A stretch of DNA of 64,000 nucleotides from Klebsormidium nitens. Its lineage: Eukaryota; Plantae; Klebsormidiophyceae. This document shows, in pieces, positions 53,203 to 64,000 of the stretch (its first letter is position 1; each line of letters starts with the position of its first letter). Location of the stretch: assembly GCA_000708835.1 (NCBI GenBank), contig DF236978.1:283046-347045 (forward strand). The letters run 5' to 3'. The position numbers and the translations under genes are program-made. Below the pieces are notes generated by a model. The model saw only the letters and a list, made by a program, of their open reading frames with translations. It did no database searches and was not told the origin of the DNA.

Positions 53203-56200
53203 ATGCAGGGTCCACCTGCCCAGCTTGCAGAGGTTGCGCGGTTCTGTCAGGAGGAAGGCGCAGCCGGCAAAGAAAAGGTGAGGCACTTTTGCAATTGCAG
53301 CATTCCCCAACTTGACATCAATATCGTTTAGCTGCTCAGCATTACAGGATAATTTAACACGAGGGTTGACATCGAACTGCTTCTCGCTAGTTGCCCGACT
53401 CATGTGGGTTCAATGTATGCCCCCCCCCTCCTGTAAGGGGGTTGCTAGCTTCCTGGCAACTCTGATTGACAAGTGTGGATCGGTTGACTTCAGAGCAATC
53501 TGATCAAACTGCATGTTTTGCGAGGTTGATGATAAGAGTTGCTGCATTGCTGGTGAAGTCTAGACTTGGAGCCAGCTTTGACCAGCCATCTCCTTGTGCT
53601 GCACAGATCCTCCTGCACTACCTCAAGCGCATCGCTGTATTGAATCCGCTCCTGAGAGCAGTCACTGAGGTCGCCAGCTTCCAGCAACTAAGAAACGCTG
53701 GGACGAGTCAAGAAGATCATGGGGGCCCAGAATGTGGTCCTGGCAATGTGTCTACAGCAAGGGGTGGCAGCTCCAACCAGGAAGGGTCTGCTGAGCTCTT
53801 CGAAGAAGGAAGAGCTGAAAGTAGTAGCAAAGAGAGCTCACTTGAAAGAAGATCAGATCGACCGGGGAAGTCTGCAAAGCTTGCATTGGCTATCAATGCA
53901 GACAGAGAACTTCACAGCGTCCTCCTATTTGAAAGAAGGAAACACCACAACTCTGACTGGACACTCCCCCCCAGCCAACATCCAAAACCTCAAAGCACGC
54001 GCCCCTTAGAGGGTGTCCCATTCCTTGTCAAAGATGTCATCGACGTTGCCGGGTTCCGCACGGTCGCCGGTTGCGAGCTTCTCGCCCGCACGCACCCCGC
54101 TGATGCCAGCGCTGACATTGTCCGCCAGCTTCAGGCTTTAGGGGCAGTTCCAGTTGGCAAGAGCACTGTTCCGGAGGCTTGTTCGCAAAGCCGTGTAGAC
54201 GTACAGACGTTCAGCAGTCTGCACAGTGTGACGGAGAACCCTTATAAGTTCTCTATCACTTCGGGGGGGTCCTCGGGGGGCTCGGCAGTGGCGGTGGCAA
54301 CGGGGATGGTGCCCCTGGCAGTGGGAACTGATTGGGCGGGCAGTCTGCGGATCCCGGTAAGGGGCGTGTTTTAGTGGTGTGCCACCTCTGAAGTAATTGG
54401 AAGATTGGTTGGCACCCGTTCAAATGGCATACAAAGGCCCCAAGCCAGAAACGACTTTCAGTGTCGAAGTGAACATGCAAAAAGGGACCACGGAGCTTCT
54501 CTTTCAATCTAAGCTAGGAGTCAGCTCGTTTTGGAAGTGATGTTATGTCCTAAGTTTGAAAGCCTAAGCTGCCTCTGGGACATCTGGTTTTCAAACTCAC
54601 CTTTTGGAGGGTCAAACCTCGTTCACCACTTCTGTACATCCAGAGAATAATTGTAAACATACTCATGGTGCTTGTACTGTACGTCATTCTCCCTCTTTAC
54701 ATCTCAAGGCGCTGAGGCCCTTCTCTTCACAAGAAACCCAAATCAATTGAACGGTGATCAATATATTCAAGGCCTGGTGGTCAAATCATACACGTCCCGG
54801 AGTCGCTTTCATATCAGGCCAACTTTGTCTTCCCAACCCAGTGCGCTCGTTCATATCATTAGGGCCATGCTCTTTTCATATCTTCCATATCAAAAGCCGC
54901 CAACTCTTGTCGTAAAGTCCTGATCTTCTTGGATGAAGGAAAGCAGTTTCTCAGAGTTCTGTCCTTCCAAGCATGCCTAATGAAAATCATTCAACTTATG
55001 TTCTTGTCTAGGCAGCCTTCTGCGGCATCTGTACGCTCCGCGCTTCCCGTGGCCGGATGACCATTCAGTACCCCGAGCGAACAGTACCCCCAATGCCGCT
55101 ACCTTCAGAGGACCCGCGAGATGGGGAGATCATGACGGCCGGAGTCTTCACCCGGACGATTCGCGAGCTTCAGTATGCGGTGGGAGCGCTACTAAGACCA
55201 AGCAGGAGAGGTCCTTTGGTGCCGTCGGAAAGCGGTGAGTGGTTGATGCTGATGACAGGGTTTCATCGTTCTCCTCGAGCAGCCTCTTTAAGCCCAATGC
55301 AACGCACTTGGAGTTGAAGTGGTGCGTTAATCGTAGAGGGGCGGAAAGCTCTTAGTGAAAGACGTATCCTCGACGTCCTGGAGAACAAGCGATAGAATGT
55401 GACAACGGACTCCTTCGTAGTGGAATCTGGTCACCTTGGCGGCTTGCTGTCAGGGGCCCTCTGCTGTCATGACCTATTCCGATCTTTAAGCGGAACCCCC
55501 TTCTAGGAGCTTCCAATGTCTGCACATCAAGCGGTTGCGATCAGTAGGTCAGCTATTCGCAGTTTGGCTCTCAAAAGGTAGCTTCGTAACGTACCAGCGT
55601 GTTGTAGATATTGTCGATATGGCCGCTTAAGCGCCTCAATTCCCCGTGATAATTTCCTCATTGACCTCCTGTTGAAACGAGCCTGCCAAGATAAGCACGA
55701 TTGACATCGCCACAGCCAAGAATGTCGCTTTGCTGACCCTCTTGCATTGCTTCGAATCTTGCAGCAGCTTTCGCCGTCACACCTTCATTCCCCGTCGTTG
55801 CAACGGACGTCCGGATACAGGAGGCCTTGCAGCGGCTGCCGGCAAGGGTCAACCCGCCGAATGGAAACGGATCCTGCTCCGCTCGGCTTGTGACAGGGCC
55901 TTCCTTCAAAACCAAGGACATATGGAAGGCTTACGGGGTGAGTACGTCTTTCTGGCGCAAAGCTTGCAGAAGAAACTTCGCAGCAGTTGCTATGGCTGGA
56001 AACAGTCTGTGATTCGGATGATGTTTTGATCAGGTTGCCCAGCAACAGAGTGAGCTTCAAGAAAGGTGGTAAAACTCGTTTTCTACTCACTTTTCGGTCG
56101 ATCCTGACCAGCTGAGCTTGTTTGTCTGTAAGTACAATGGCTCATCGAGGGCTCTCAGCGTCCGACGGCCCGCTCCGTCTACCTTTGACAAATTCTCGAA

Positions 56201-58412
56201 GCCGAGAGGTCTTCCTTCTGCAGTCCCTGTCATAGGCTGCCTCTGCAATTGCTGTCCAGCTTGACGGTTTTGAAGAAAAGTACGACCCGCGTTTCCCGCT
56301 ATCACCCAGTTATTTTGGGACGCTTTGCGAAACTGTCCAATGTGATGAAACCTTCGACCCTTTTCTGCTCACGCAACCAGGGTGTGGACTACGCTCCTGA
56401 ACCCTTCCGTGTCCACAAAGTCAGCATATTGCCCGTGTTGCATGTCGAAATGAAAGGGCTTCAAGTCTTTATTTGATGCTCTACATCACTCGAAACCCCT
56501 GCCTAATTTTACCACTCGACATCCCCCACTTCCGCACATTCGATGAAACTCCGACACGACACAATGGCAACATGAGAACACGTTGACATCGACAGGACCG
56601 CTTGCTCGTGCCGTGCAGATCTTTTCCGCCAGCCTGACTGCTCACGGCGACCCACACGACCCGCACGCTCCGAAAGCGTCGCCTCCCTCGCTTGAAGACG
56701 TACGATGGGCGCGAAGCGTGCAAGTTGACACGGCCTCCGCCGTTGATGCGTTCCTGGACGAACAGCAATGTACGGCCTGGATCGTACCAGGTAGGCGCTC
56801 TTACTTGGAAAGGTTTTGTGCGGTTTGTTTCCTTGGTCAGCAAGTGGTGTCTCCTCCCCGCTCGTGCGCTCTTTTCGGTGTCACATGTGAAGCGGCGGTC
56901 GGCAAGAATGGGTTCGTCGCCGCGAAAGGACGTTTCCGAGTCAAGGTGATGGTCACGGACGCCAGGTGCATTGATGTTGAATGCGTGACTCTTACAACAA
57001 ACCAATTTCAGCAACTTTTGTTTTGCACTTCCTGTTCTCGGTTGTTGGCCACGGCTAGATGATTACGAGACCCCATCAGCAGACATTTTCCCTTCTTTCT
57101 ACCGTTCAAATCGGCGCACGAACCCTTCTTTCAAGTAGAAACCAACCACCTGAGTAGACACTTTTGTTCACAACTACTCCTCGTCCACCGACCTACACCT
57201 AGTAGGCTCGATTTCGAATGCTTACGGTTATGAGCCCGTAAAATTAGATTGCCGCGCGGTTGCAGTAGCGTATTGGATTTCGACGTCGCGCAAAGGAGAC
57301 GAGCAGGGCAAACCGCTTGTAACACACGTTACAAACGCACTCATGCGTTTTTCCCAGACCCGTAAAACAACTTGACCTGATAGTTCGGGTTTGCCCCTCC
57401 GGAACCATGATTAGATAGCTAACTCCTCTCTGATCTAAATTTCTTTTGTTGATCCGCAGTCTGTGGCCCGCTGCCAGTTTTCCCCAACCCCGAGCACAAG
57501 CGCTTCCATCCGATAGGCCACACGAAAACTGCGTACTAGTCTTGGTTTCTGATTCTCTCCTGTGCTTCCGCGGTCTGTGGCCCGCTGCCATTTCCTCACA
57601 ACCCCGAACACAAGCGCTTCGACCTGAAAGGCCACACGAAAACCGCGCCGTACTGGCCCACGATGCTGGGCTACGTCCTCCCCTTCAGCGTCTCCTGCAA
57701 CCCGGTGGTCGCCATGCCGCTGGCGCTCGTCGAAGGGGTGCCCTGCGGAATCCAGGTGGGCAGCTTTCGACGCAAGTGGTTTCGGGCCCCTTTCAGCTTT
57801 GAACGGCGGTGCGAGCTTGAACACGGATTTTTGTTTAAGTTCTGAAGGAAGTTGTGGCTTGAATGCACACGAGCAAGGACTTTCCCTTTAGAAAGTGCAT
57901 GCTGTGGAGGGATGAGTTGCATCAACCTGGAAAGAAGTGAAACTAGGGAGCTGTCGGACCGACAGTCAAGCGATTTGAAGTAGTGGCGACGATATCAGCG
58001 ATATGGCTGTCCCCCAGGCAACGCCCTGTCAGTGAAAAGGAATCCAGAAGCTACCTCAGGGGGTTGTTCCTCATCTTCAAAAGAAAAGCGGTTTCTGTGG
58101 CGTGTAACTGTCACAAGCCCCGAAAACATTCTTAAATTGGATATTCAGATGACGAGATGCACTGGAAGTCTGCAATCAGAGTAGTCTCCTTTTCGCCGTT
58201 TGTTGTGGTCAGCGCAGACTGACAATTGGCAAGTTGCTTCCGGGTCCTGGCGAGCGCTTACATTTCCATCTTCCCCTTAGGTCGTAGGGCGCAGCGGCGC
58301 CGATGAAGAGCTCTTATCGGCATGCGCCCTTCTGGAGACGTGTCTGGGATCGCTCCCGCGCCCCGAAGACGTGAAACACCCGCGACTAAGGACTCCCGTC
58401 GCACGACTATGA
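53203..58412 (+). CDS. Amidase signature family enzyme (FAAH/amidase-like)
   Basis: Exons 53203-53277 (tentative), 53607-54356 (YLKRIAVLNP...GVPFLVKD...GGSSGGSAVAVA...GTDWAGSLRIP), 55012-55234 (AAFCGI), ~55765-55937, uncertain exon(s) ~56236-56380, 56619-56790, 57574-57755 (PFSVSCNPVVAMPL...GIQ; acceptor anomalous) and 58281-58412 (VVGRSGADEELLSAC...*). Ser-cisSer-Lys motifs are intact. Confidence 0.88.
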
Positions 58413-58928
58413 GGTAATGCTTAGCTACTCGGTTCGTCCCACGGTTGCTTTCTTTGCCCGTTCGGAAGAAAAGGACTGAAGTTCTCTTGCTCTGAGCACT
58501 TTCACCATCTGAAGTTTTAGGATTACGACCTTAAGCCGTTCGAGCGTCCACATGCATTCGTTTGAAGGAGACTTCGATGAGCCATCTCATCAGATAAACA
58601 CCTCTAACGCGGACGTGTGTGAAGCGCTTGCTTCGGTCTTTAGACAAGCCGGTGATTGATGTGCACATCGGTCAGCGGAACGGCGGAACTAGTTTTGGCA
58701 TAGCAGAACGCCGGAACGCCGGTAATGAAGTCGTTGCTTGTACGGATTGCAATTTTTGGAGCTCACGCCGAGTCAACGAGGTGGGCAGGCAGATCCGGGG
58801 CCGGGGCACACAGGTACTAAGGAGCACGTCAGGAGTCAGGACCTGGAACCTGATGGATCTCCCGTCAGTAAGAAAGTCAGTATGGAAAACGGATCCTCAA
58901 GAGTCCCACGAGTGCGGACAGGACTTTG

Positions 58929-59305
58929 CCCCGGGGCGCTTCTGCGCCCAGGGGTGCAGGCCAGCTTCCCCACAAGGTAGTACTAGGGATGATAAAGCAC
59001 CCGGTACAACTTTGCACGACTATTCTGACATTTTGCAGTTTCGGACCCCGGCCCCCTGGGTCCGCGGTACGACTCGTTAGCCTTCGGTCGCCTTTAATAC
59101 GTCAGCTTTTCTGACCAGAATACTAGAATATACAGTCTACTGAAGTTGTTTCGCATCTCTGATTTGGACCCCTGTACTTTGCACATACGTATTCGATGCT
59201 TCGAGCTTTCGGAAAGCACACATGGCATACGGTATACCTTTGATGCTTGCTTTTCGTTCGGGCCTCGATGCACCCGGGGGCGCTCTGCGCCCCGGTCTTC
59301 CTTCC
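58929..59305. repeat. Possible small inverted-repeat element (GC-rich arms)
   Basis: ccccggggcgcttctgcgcccaggggtgca (~58929-58958) is an imperfect reverse complement of tgcacccgggggcgctctgcgccccgg (~59269-59295). No target-site duplication identified. Confidence 0.35.
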
Positions 59306-61154
59306 GGGGGCACAGGACAATTCCCGAGGGCGATCTGCGCCCCATTCTGCGCCCCCCGTCCGTACCCCTGCTCAAGACCCAGGCTATGAAAGGCTGAAGA
59401 CAGGCTGACTCAGTACCTACAGCGGCCAGCCTACAGGAGTGACAGTAGTCACAGGACCTAGGGTAGCCCTGTCAGCAATATCAGAAGGTGCCAAAACTGA
59501 AAGATTCCAAGGTTCAAACTGATGCATAATGTTCTCATCGATCCTTCGTCTACGGTACATGCCACATGGCATCGATTGTGTGCCATGTGGAGGACCACGC
59601 CAGTTGGGAGGGTCTGTCACTCGTGTGACTGGTGAGTACACTGTACGACCGGACAACTTACCGTACAAGGCTATAAAGCAGCCAAAGCTAGACACACATG
59701 ATAAGCATCCCAATCAATGAACTATCATGTGGATCTTCTCGTTTATCCGGCACGAGATATTCCGTTCTGCCCTCCTGTCCTCAACATGCATCAGCAACCA
59801 TGCAGAATCCTTCTGACTGTGAGAGGAAGGGAGGTGATTTGACAAGAGAGAGAGAAGACAGCCCTCTCCCTATTGCCTACCTTTCCTTCCTTATTTGAAG
59901 ATGATCATGCATAAACAGGAACAATGGAGAATTGCCTCGAGAAATCAGAGAATGCTTTGTTTACAAAATCTCTGGCCTGCCGTCTATTATGAAGTGCTGT
60001 CTTTGATCACTGATGTCCGATTTGGATGAAAGCATCCGGCATCACTACTGTGGGACTGGCTATGTATGCTGAAAATGGTGTCTCTATAGGGGCTGGGCCA
60101 GGGACGGGTTACAATCAAGAGCATTGAAGCAAGATGAAAGACTGAAGCATGGACTAGTGCAAAAGACCAGAATGACCTAAGACCTATCCATCATGCATGT
60201 CCACAAGATTTTTCCTGCTTTACGAAGAGCTTCGGCATTGATTAGGATCTTGGTGCCCTGAGGGTATTGTATCATACCTGGGGGAGGAGGAAAGAGAGAG
60301 AGATGTCGTCAGCAGCCCGCCTGTAGAGAGTCTTCAGAGTCTTCGAGAGCTTGACCAATCAGAGACACAGCCAGAGAGTCTTCCCGGAATCAGAGACACA
60401 CGGATTTCTTCGTCTTCCTGGCCCAGCCCCTTGCAGTACTTCGAGAATTTGCGCTCCTAGGAAAGCCTATCGTCTGATCGTCTGCGCTTTCGTGCTATGG
60501 CTGCTATGCTGATTGCTGAAGGAAGTGCGTCTTTCGTTGCGCGAAGTGCATTTGTGAGAGACGAACAATCTTCCTGGTCTTTGCATAGCGCCAGCATTTT
60601 CTTGATTTACCCGCTGAGTCATTCGGAGCGTTGCAATTGCTGACGTGTCAATAATCGATTCGACGAGAGTGAATCGTAGCAGAATGCACCGTTCGATTCA
60701 GAAAAGATCATGACCTTGAAAGATCGTAGGGTTTAACGTACACCTGGGTTGGATTCGTCGGGGTTTGACGCGGCCGCCGATGGCGCCGAGCCGGCCGCGG
60801 TGGTGCCGACGGGCGTCTGGCCAGCGTTCTTCTTGGCCTTCCGTGTCTTGACACCATCGTTGTCTGCCTTGAACAGGAGTGCGGTCAATCCTGAAAGGTG
60901 TCAATTGTGTAAGGATTTGCGTAGAGCAATGATCAAGCCAACCGATACGTGTGACCAGCGTGTGTGAGTCGACAGTCTTCTTGCACTACCGTACGGGTAG
61001 TACCGCATGCTGTCAATGGCGCAGACTCCTTTGCTGAGTGATTGGGCGCTCGGTGAGCTAGATAATACGGTACCTACCGTAGTACGGTGCTGGCGGTAGT
61101 ACCTTATTTGGTGAGCATCTCGAAAGATGCTCATTGCTTTAATACCTGCTTTAA

Positions 61155-62317
61155 AGGGTACCGTCATTTTGAAGTGGCACCCCCTTAGGTATTCTGTTGG
61201 GGGGGGAGGCTTGGGTTTNNNNNNNNNNNNNNNNNNNNNNNNNNNNNNNNNNNNNNNNNNNNNNNNNNNNNNNNNNNNNNNNNNNNNNNNNNNNNNNNNN
61301 NNNNNNNNNNNNNNNNNNNNNNNNNNNNNNNNNNNNNNNNNNNNNNNNNNNNNNNNNNNNNNNNNNNNNNNNNNNNNNNNNNNNNNNNNNNNNNNNNNNN
61401 NNNNNNNNNNNNNNNNNNNNNNNNNNNNNNNNNNNNNNNNNNNNNNNNNNNNNNNNNNNNNNNNNNNNNNNNNNNNNNNNNNNNNNNNNNNNNNNNNNNN
61501 NNNNNNNNNNNNNNNNNNNNNNNNNNNNNNNNNNNNNNNNNNNNNNNNNNNNNNNNNNNNNNNNNNNNNNNNNNNNNNNNNNNNNNNNNNNNNNNNNNNN
61601 NNNNNNNNNNNNNNNNNNNNNNNNNNNNNNNNNNNNNNNNNNNNNNNNNNNNNNNNNNNNNNNNNNNNNNNNNNNNNNNNNNNNNNNNNNNNNNNNNNNN
61701 NNNNNNNNNNNNNNNNNNNNNNNNNNNNNNNNNNNNNNNNNNNNNNNNNNNNNNNNNNNNNNNNNNNNNNNNNNNNNNNNNNNNNNNNNNNNNNNNNNNN
61801 NNNNNNNNNNNNNNNNNNNNNNNNNNNNNNNNNNNNNNNNNNNNNNNNNNNNNNNNNNNNNNNNNNNNNNNNNNNNNNNNNNNNNNNNNNNNNNNNNNNN
61901 NNNNNNNNNNNNNNNNNNNNNNNNNNNNNNNNNNNNNNNNNNNNNNNNNNNNNNNNNNNNTCGAAGGTGGAGGGGGGGGGGGCTTGAGGCCTTTGGCTTG
62001 GGGCGAAGCCCCAGCCGGATCTCAGCTGAAGAACATGCTTTTATATACGCTGATTTTACGTCTTTTAGCCCACCGGTCAGTGCGTGTAGACCATGAATGC
62101 AACAAAAAAGCACTTTTCAACGTAAAAAAGGGGCGAATCCATGCATACGACGGTGCTTTTGTCCAAAAAGTTTGCCCGGGTGGTGACCATTTGGACCGGG
62201 GCCTTGACCTTTTCTGTGAAGGAAAGGCCGGGAGGGGGGGGGGGCTTGAGACCTTCCAGCCAAAGCTAGTGCCTCTAAAATACCTAACCGGGTGCCAATT
62301 CAAAGTGACGGTACCCT
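61155..62317. mobile_element. PIF/Harbinger-like non-autonomous TIR element (MITE), interior partly in an N gap
   Basis: 39-bp TIRs with 35/39 identity: agggtaccgtcattttgaagtggcacccccttaggtatt (61155-61193) and the reverse complement of 62279-62317. Flanked by TAA at 61152-61154 and 62318-62320; a 3-bp TAA/TTA target-site duplication is characteristic of PIF/Harbinger. Confidence 0.8.
61219..61960. other. Assembly gap (N run)
   Basis: 742 consecutive N. Confidence 1.
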
Positions 62318-62719
62318 TAAATAGGACTGAAGTCCAACAGTGTTTGATTTAATAGGTAGTCTAGCCAAGGGCCGCCTGGCCCACGTGTAGTATAGGTACC
62401 GGTGCATAATGCAGGGTCTTCACGGCTCGCGGGGTGCTGCTGTCGACCGAGGTTTGTCACCATGCTTCTTCTGATCGTCCCTGTCACACAAGCAATGAGC
62501 ACTCAGGTGATTCAGTTCTAGCTTACCTATATCTTGTCTTGCTGCAAGCCACGATTTCGAGCCTGAGGCAGGTACAATATACCGTATCGTTTGCAGGTTT
62601 TGGCGCAGGTTTTTTTAATAGAACCGAGCTAGAGCGAACTAGTAGCTGCTCGTTTGATCAATGCTCAGCATTTCAGTCCACTTTCATTGCCACTCAGCCA
62701 GCAGAAAGCAATCTGCGCA

Positions 62720-63878
62720 ATGGCGAGCCTGCAGAGCCGGACCATCTTGCTGGCTCTGGTGTCAGCGGCTGCACTTGTCAGTCTTGTGTCAGCTGATTGT
62801 GTTACTGGTGGCTTGTGCACCGGGACCTGCGCTGCAGGTCTGAACCCTTGCTTCAACGCAGATGGGTCTCAGCAGACCTGCTGCACCTCAAGGTGAGTTT
62901 TCTTGCACCAGGAGGAGCACTTCGCCTCAACCACTGGGTTGATCAAATGAAGTCTCGTGTGCTGAACTGCCAAATTGTATTATTGCGTGTTCTTTATACT
63001 ATTGAAAGCATAAGGTGTATTGCAGGCATCGGTGTGGTCTTCAGGCAAGAATCTTGTTTTGCACATTCACATTGATCATATGTTTTGGAATGAGCAAGAA
63101 TGGCTTTCATACAGGAACGCAGATACCTCTTTAGAACGACCCTGTGCAAATGGACATGTCCTGTCCTTTCTTGCAATATGAAAGACCAGTGAGAAGACAA
63201 CATTGATGCAAGGAGTTGTTGACTTCACGTTAGAAGTTCTGAGGTAGCCTTGAATTCTATGGATTCTGAAGTTTTCTGTTGTCTCCGATGCCGGACAACC
63301 ATTGTTGAAGCACTGCTAATGTGCGCGTGGATTTCAAGCCCTCTTTAATTTTGGTCCGGAAGAGTGACAAGTCAATGCTTATATTGATGATTCTACATTC
63401 TGCGCACTCAAAACTTCAAAATGCTAATGGCCGATTGTGAGGTGGAGAGGAGTCTGCTGTACGTCGAAAAGCTGAATACACGGAGCAGACCTGGCAATCC
63501 CACTTCAAGACCCTGAGCCCCAAACTGTTCTTCCCATCTCCCAGCTCCCAACAATGCAGGCTGGTAGGGGTATTGCCTAGAAAAATTCAAGCAAGCAACT
63601 GACTCAGGGCCGTCCCCTGTTTTCAGCTGCCTCAACTGCGACCTGTCCACTGGCAATTCTCCCAGCACGACCCCCGCCCCTACAACGACACCCGCTGCAA
63701 CCGTCGCCCCCACTCCCACCCCTACCGTTGCCCCCACGCCTGGCCCCACCACAACTCCGGCCCCAACTGCAAATGGCTGCCTGAGCGGTGGGAGGTGCAC
63801 CGGCTCTTGTGCCTCAGGGCTCAACCCTTGCTACAACGCTGCCAGTGATGGCTCGCAGCTGACCTGCTGTACCTCTGC
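62720..63878 (+). CDS. Secreted Cys-rich repeat protein with a Thr/Pro-rich linker (continues past the last identified exon)
   Basis: Exon 62720-62892: signal peptide MASLQSRTILLALVSAAALVSLVSA plus DCVTGGLCTGTCAAGLNPCFNADGSQQTCCTS. Exon 63627-63878: CLNCDLSTG, a T/P/A-rich linker and a second module GCLSGGRCTGSCASGLNPCYNAASDGSQLTCCTS. Phase-2 junctions match. Confidence 0.85.
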
Positions 63879-64000
63879 GTAAGTCATCGCTTGATCTACA
63901 TGCCATTTTGTTCTGTTCATTTTGTTGTAGGTTGGTACTGCTGGACGACTTCCTCCTGTTTAGTTTCACCAAGCTGGTCCAGGATGCACACCTGGAATAA

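Noticed and set aside
60980-61105. Short hairpins (actaccgtacgggtagt; accgtagtacggt) suggestive of a Helitron 3' end
   Set aside because: No correctly placed CTRR terminus or 5' TC end could be identified.
61127-62113. Long ORFs 61127-61987, 61151-62113 and 61197-62096
   Set aside because: Artefacts of translating the N gap.
1-64000. tRNA, rRNA, snRNA or telomeric arrays
   Set aside because: None recognised by eye: the gttcga hits lack cloverleaf context and telomere-like words are isolated. A covariance-model scan would be needed to exclude snoRNAs.

Overview
Intron-rich eukaryotic nuclear DNA with plant-type genes and GT/GC-AG introns. Gene content and style suggest a streptophyte alga such as Klebsormidium (inference). 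Eleven protein-coding loci can be built by hand from phase-compatible exons: the 3' part of an SDR, a SAMC1-like SAM carrier, a long coiled-coil protein, a CAAX/CPBP protease, an unknown membrane protein, an intronless LuxI/FeeM-like GNAT acyltransferase, a PAT10-like DHHC S-acyltransferase, an unknown probably plastid protein, an ERMP1-like M28 peptidase, an amidase-signature enzyme and a secreted Cys-rich/Thr-Pro protein. There is also a foldback element, a PIF/Harbinger-like TIR element spanning an assembly gap, and several short repeats. Three things stand out. (1) The intronless LuxI-like acyltransferase is a candidate for horizontal transfer. (2) Decayed 'exon echoes' (tandem copies of exon ends with their splice sites) recur in introns of four genes, some graded in similarity with distance from the real exon. 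(3) A 7.4-kb ERMP1 intron contains diverged, coding-like repeats with a period of about 2.1 kb. All exon models are manual readings and need RNA-seq confirmation.
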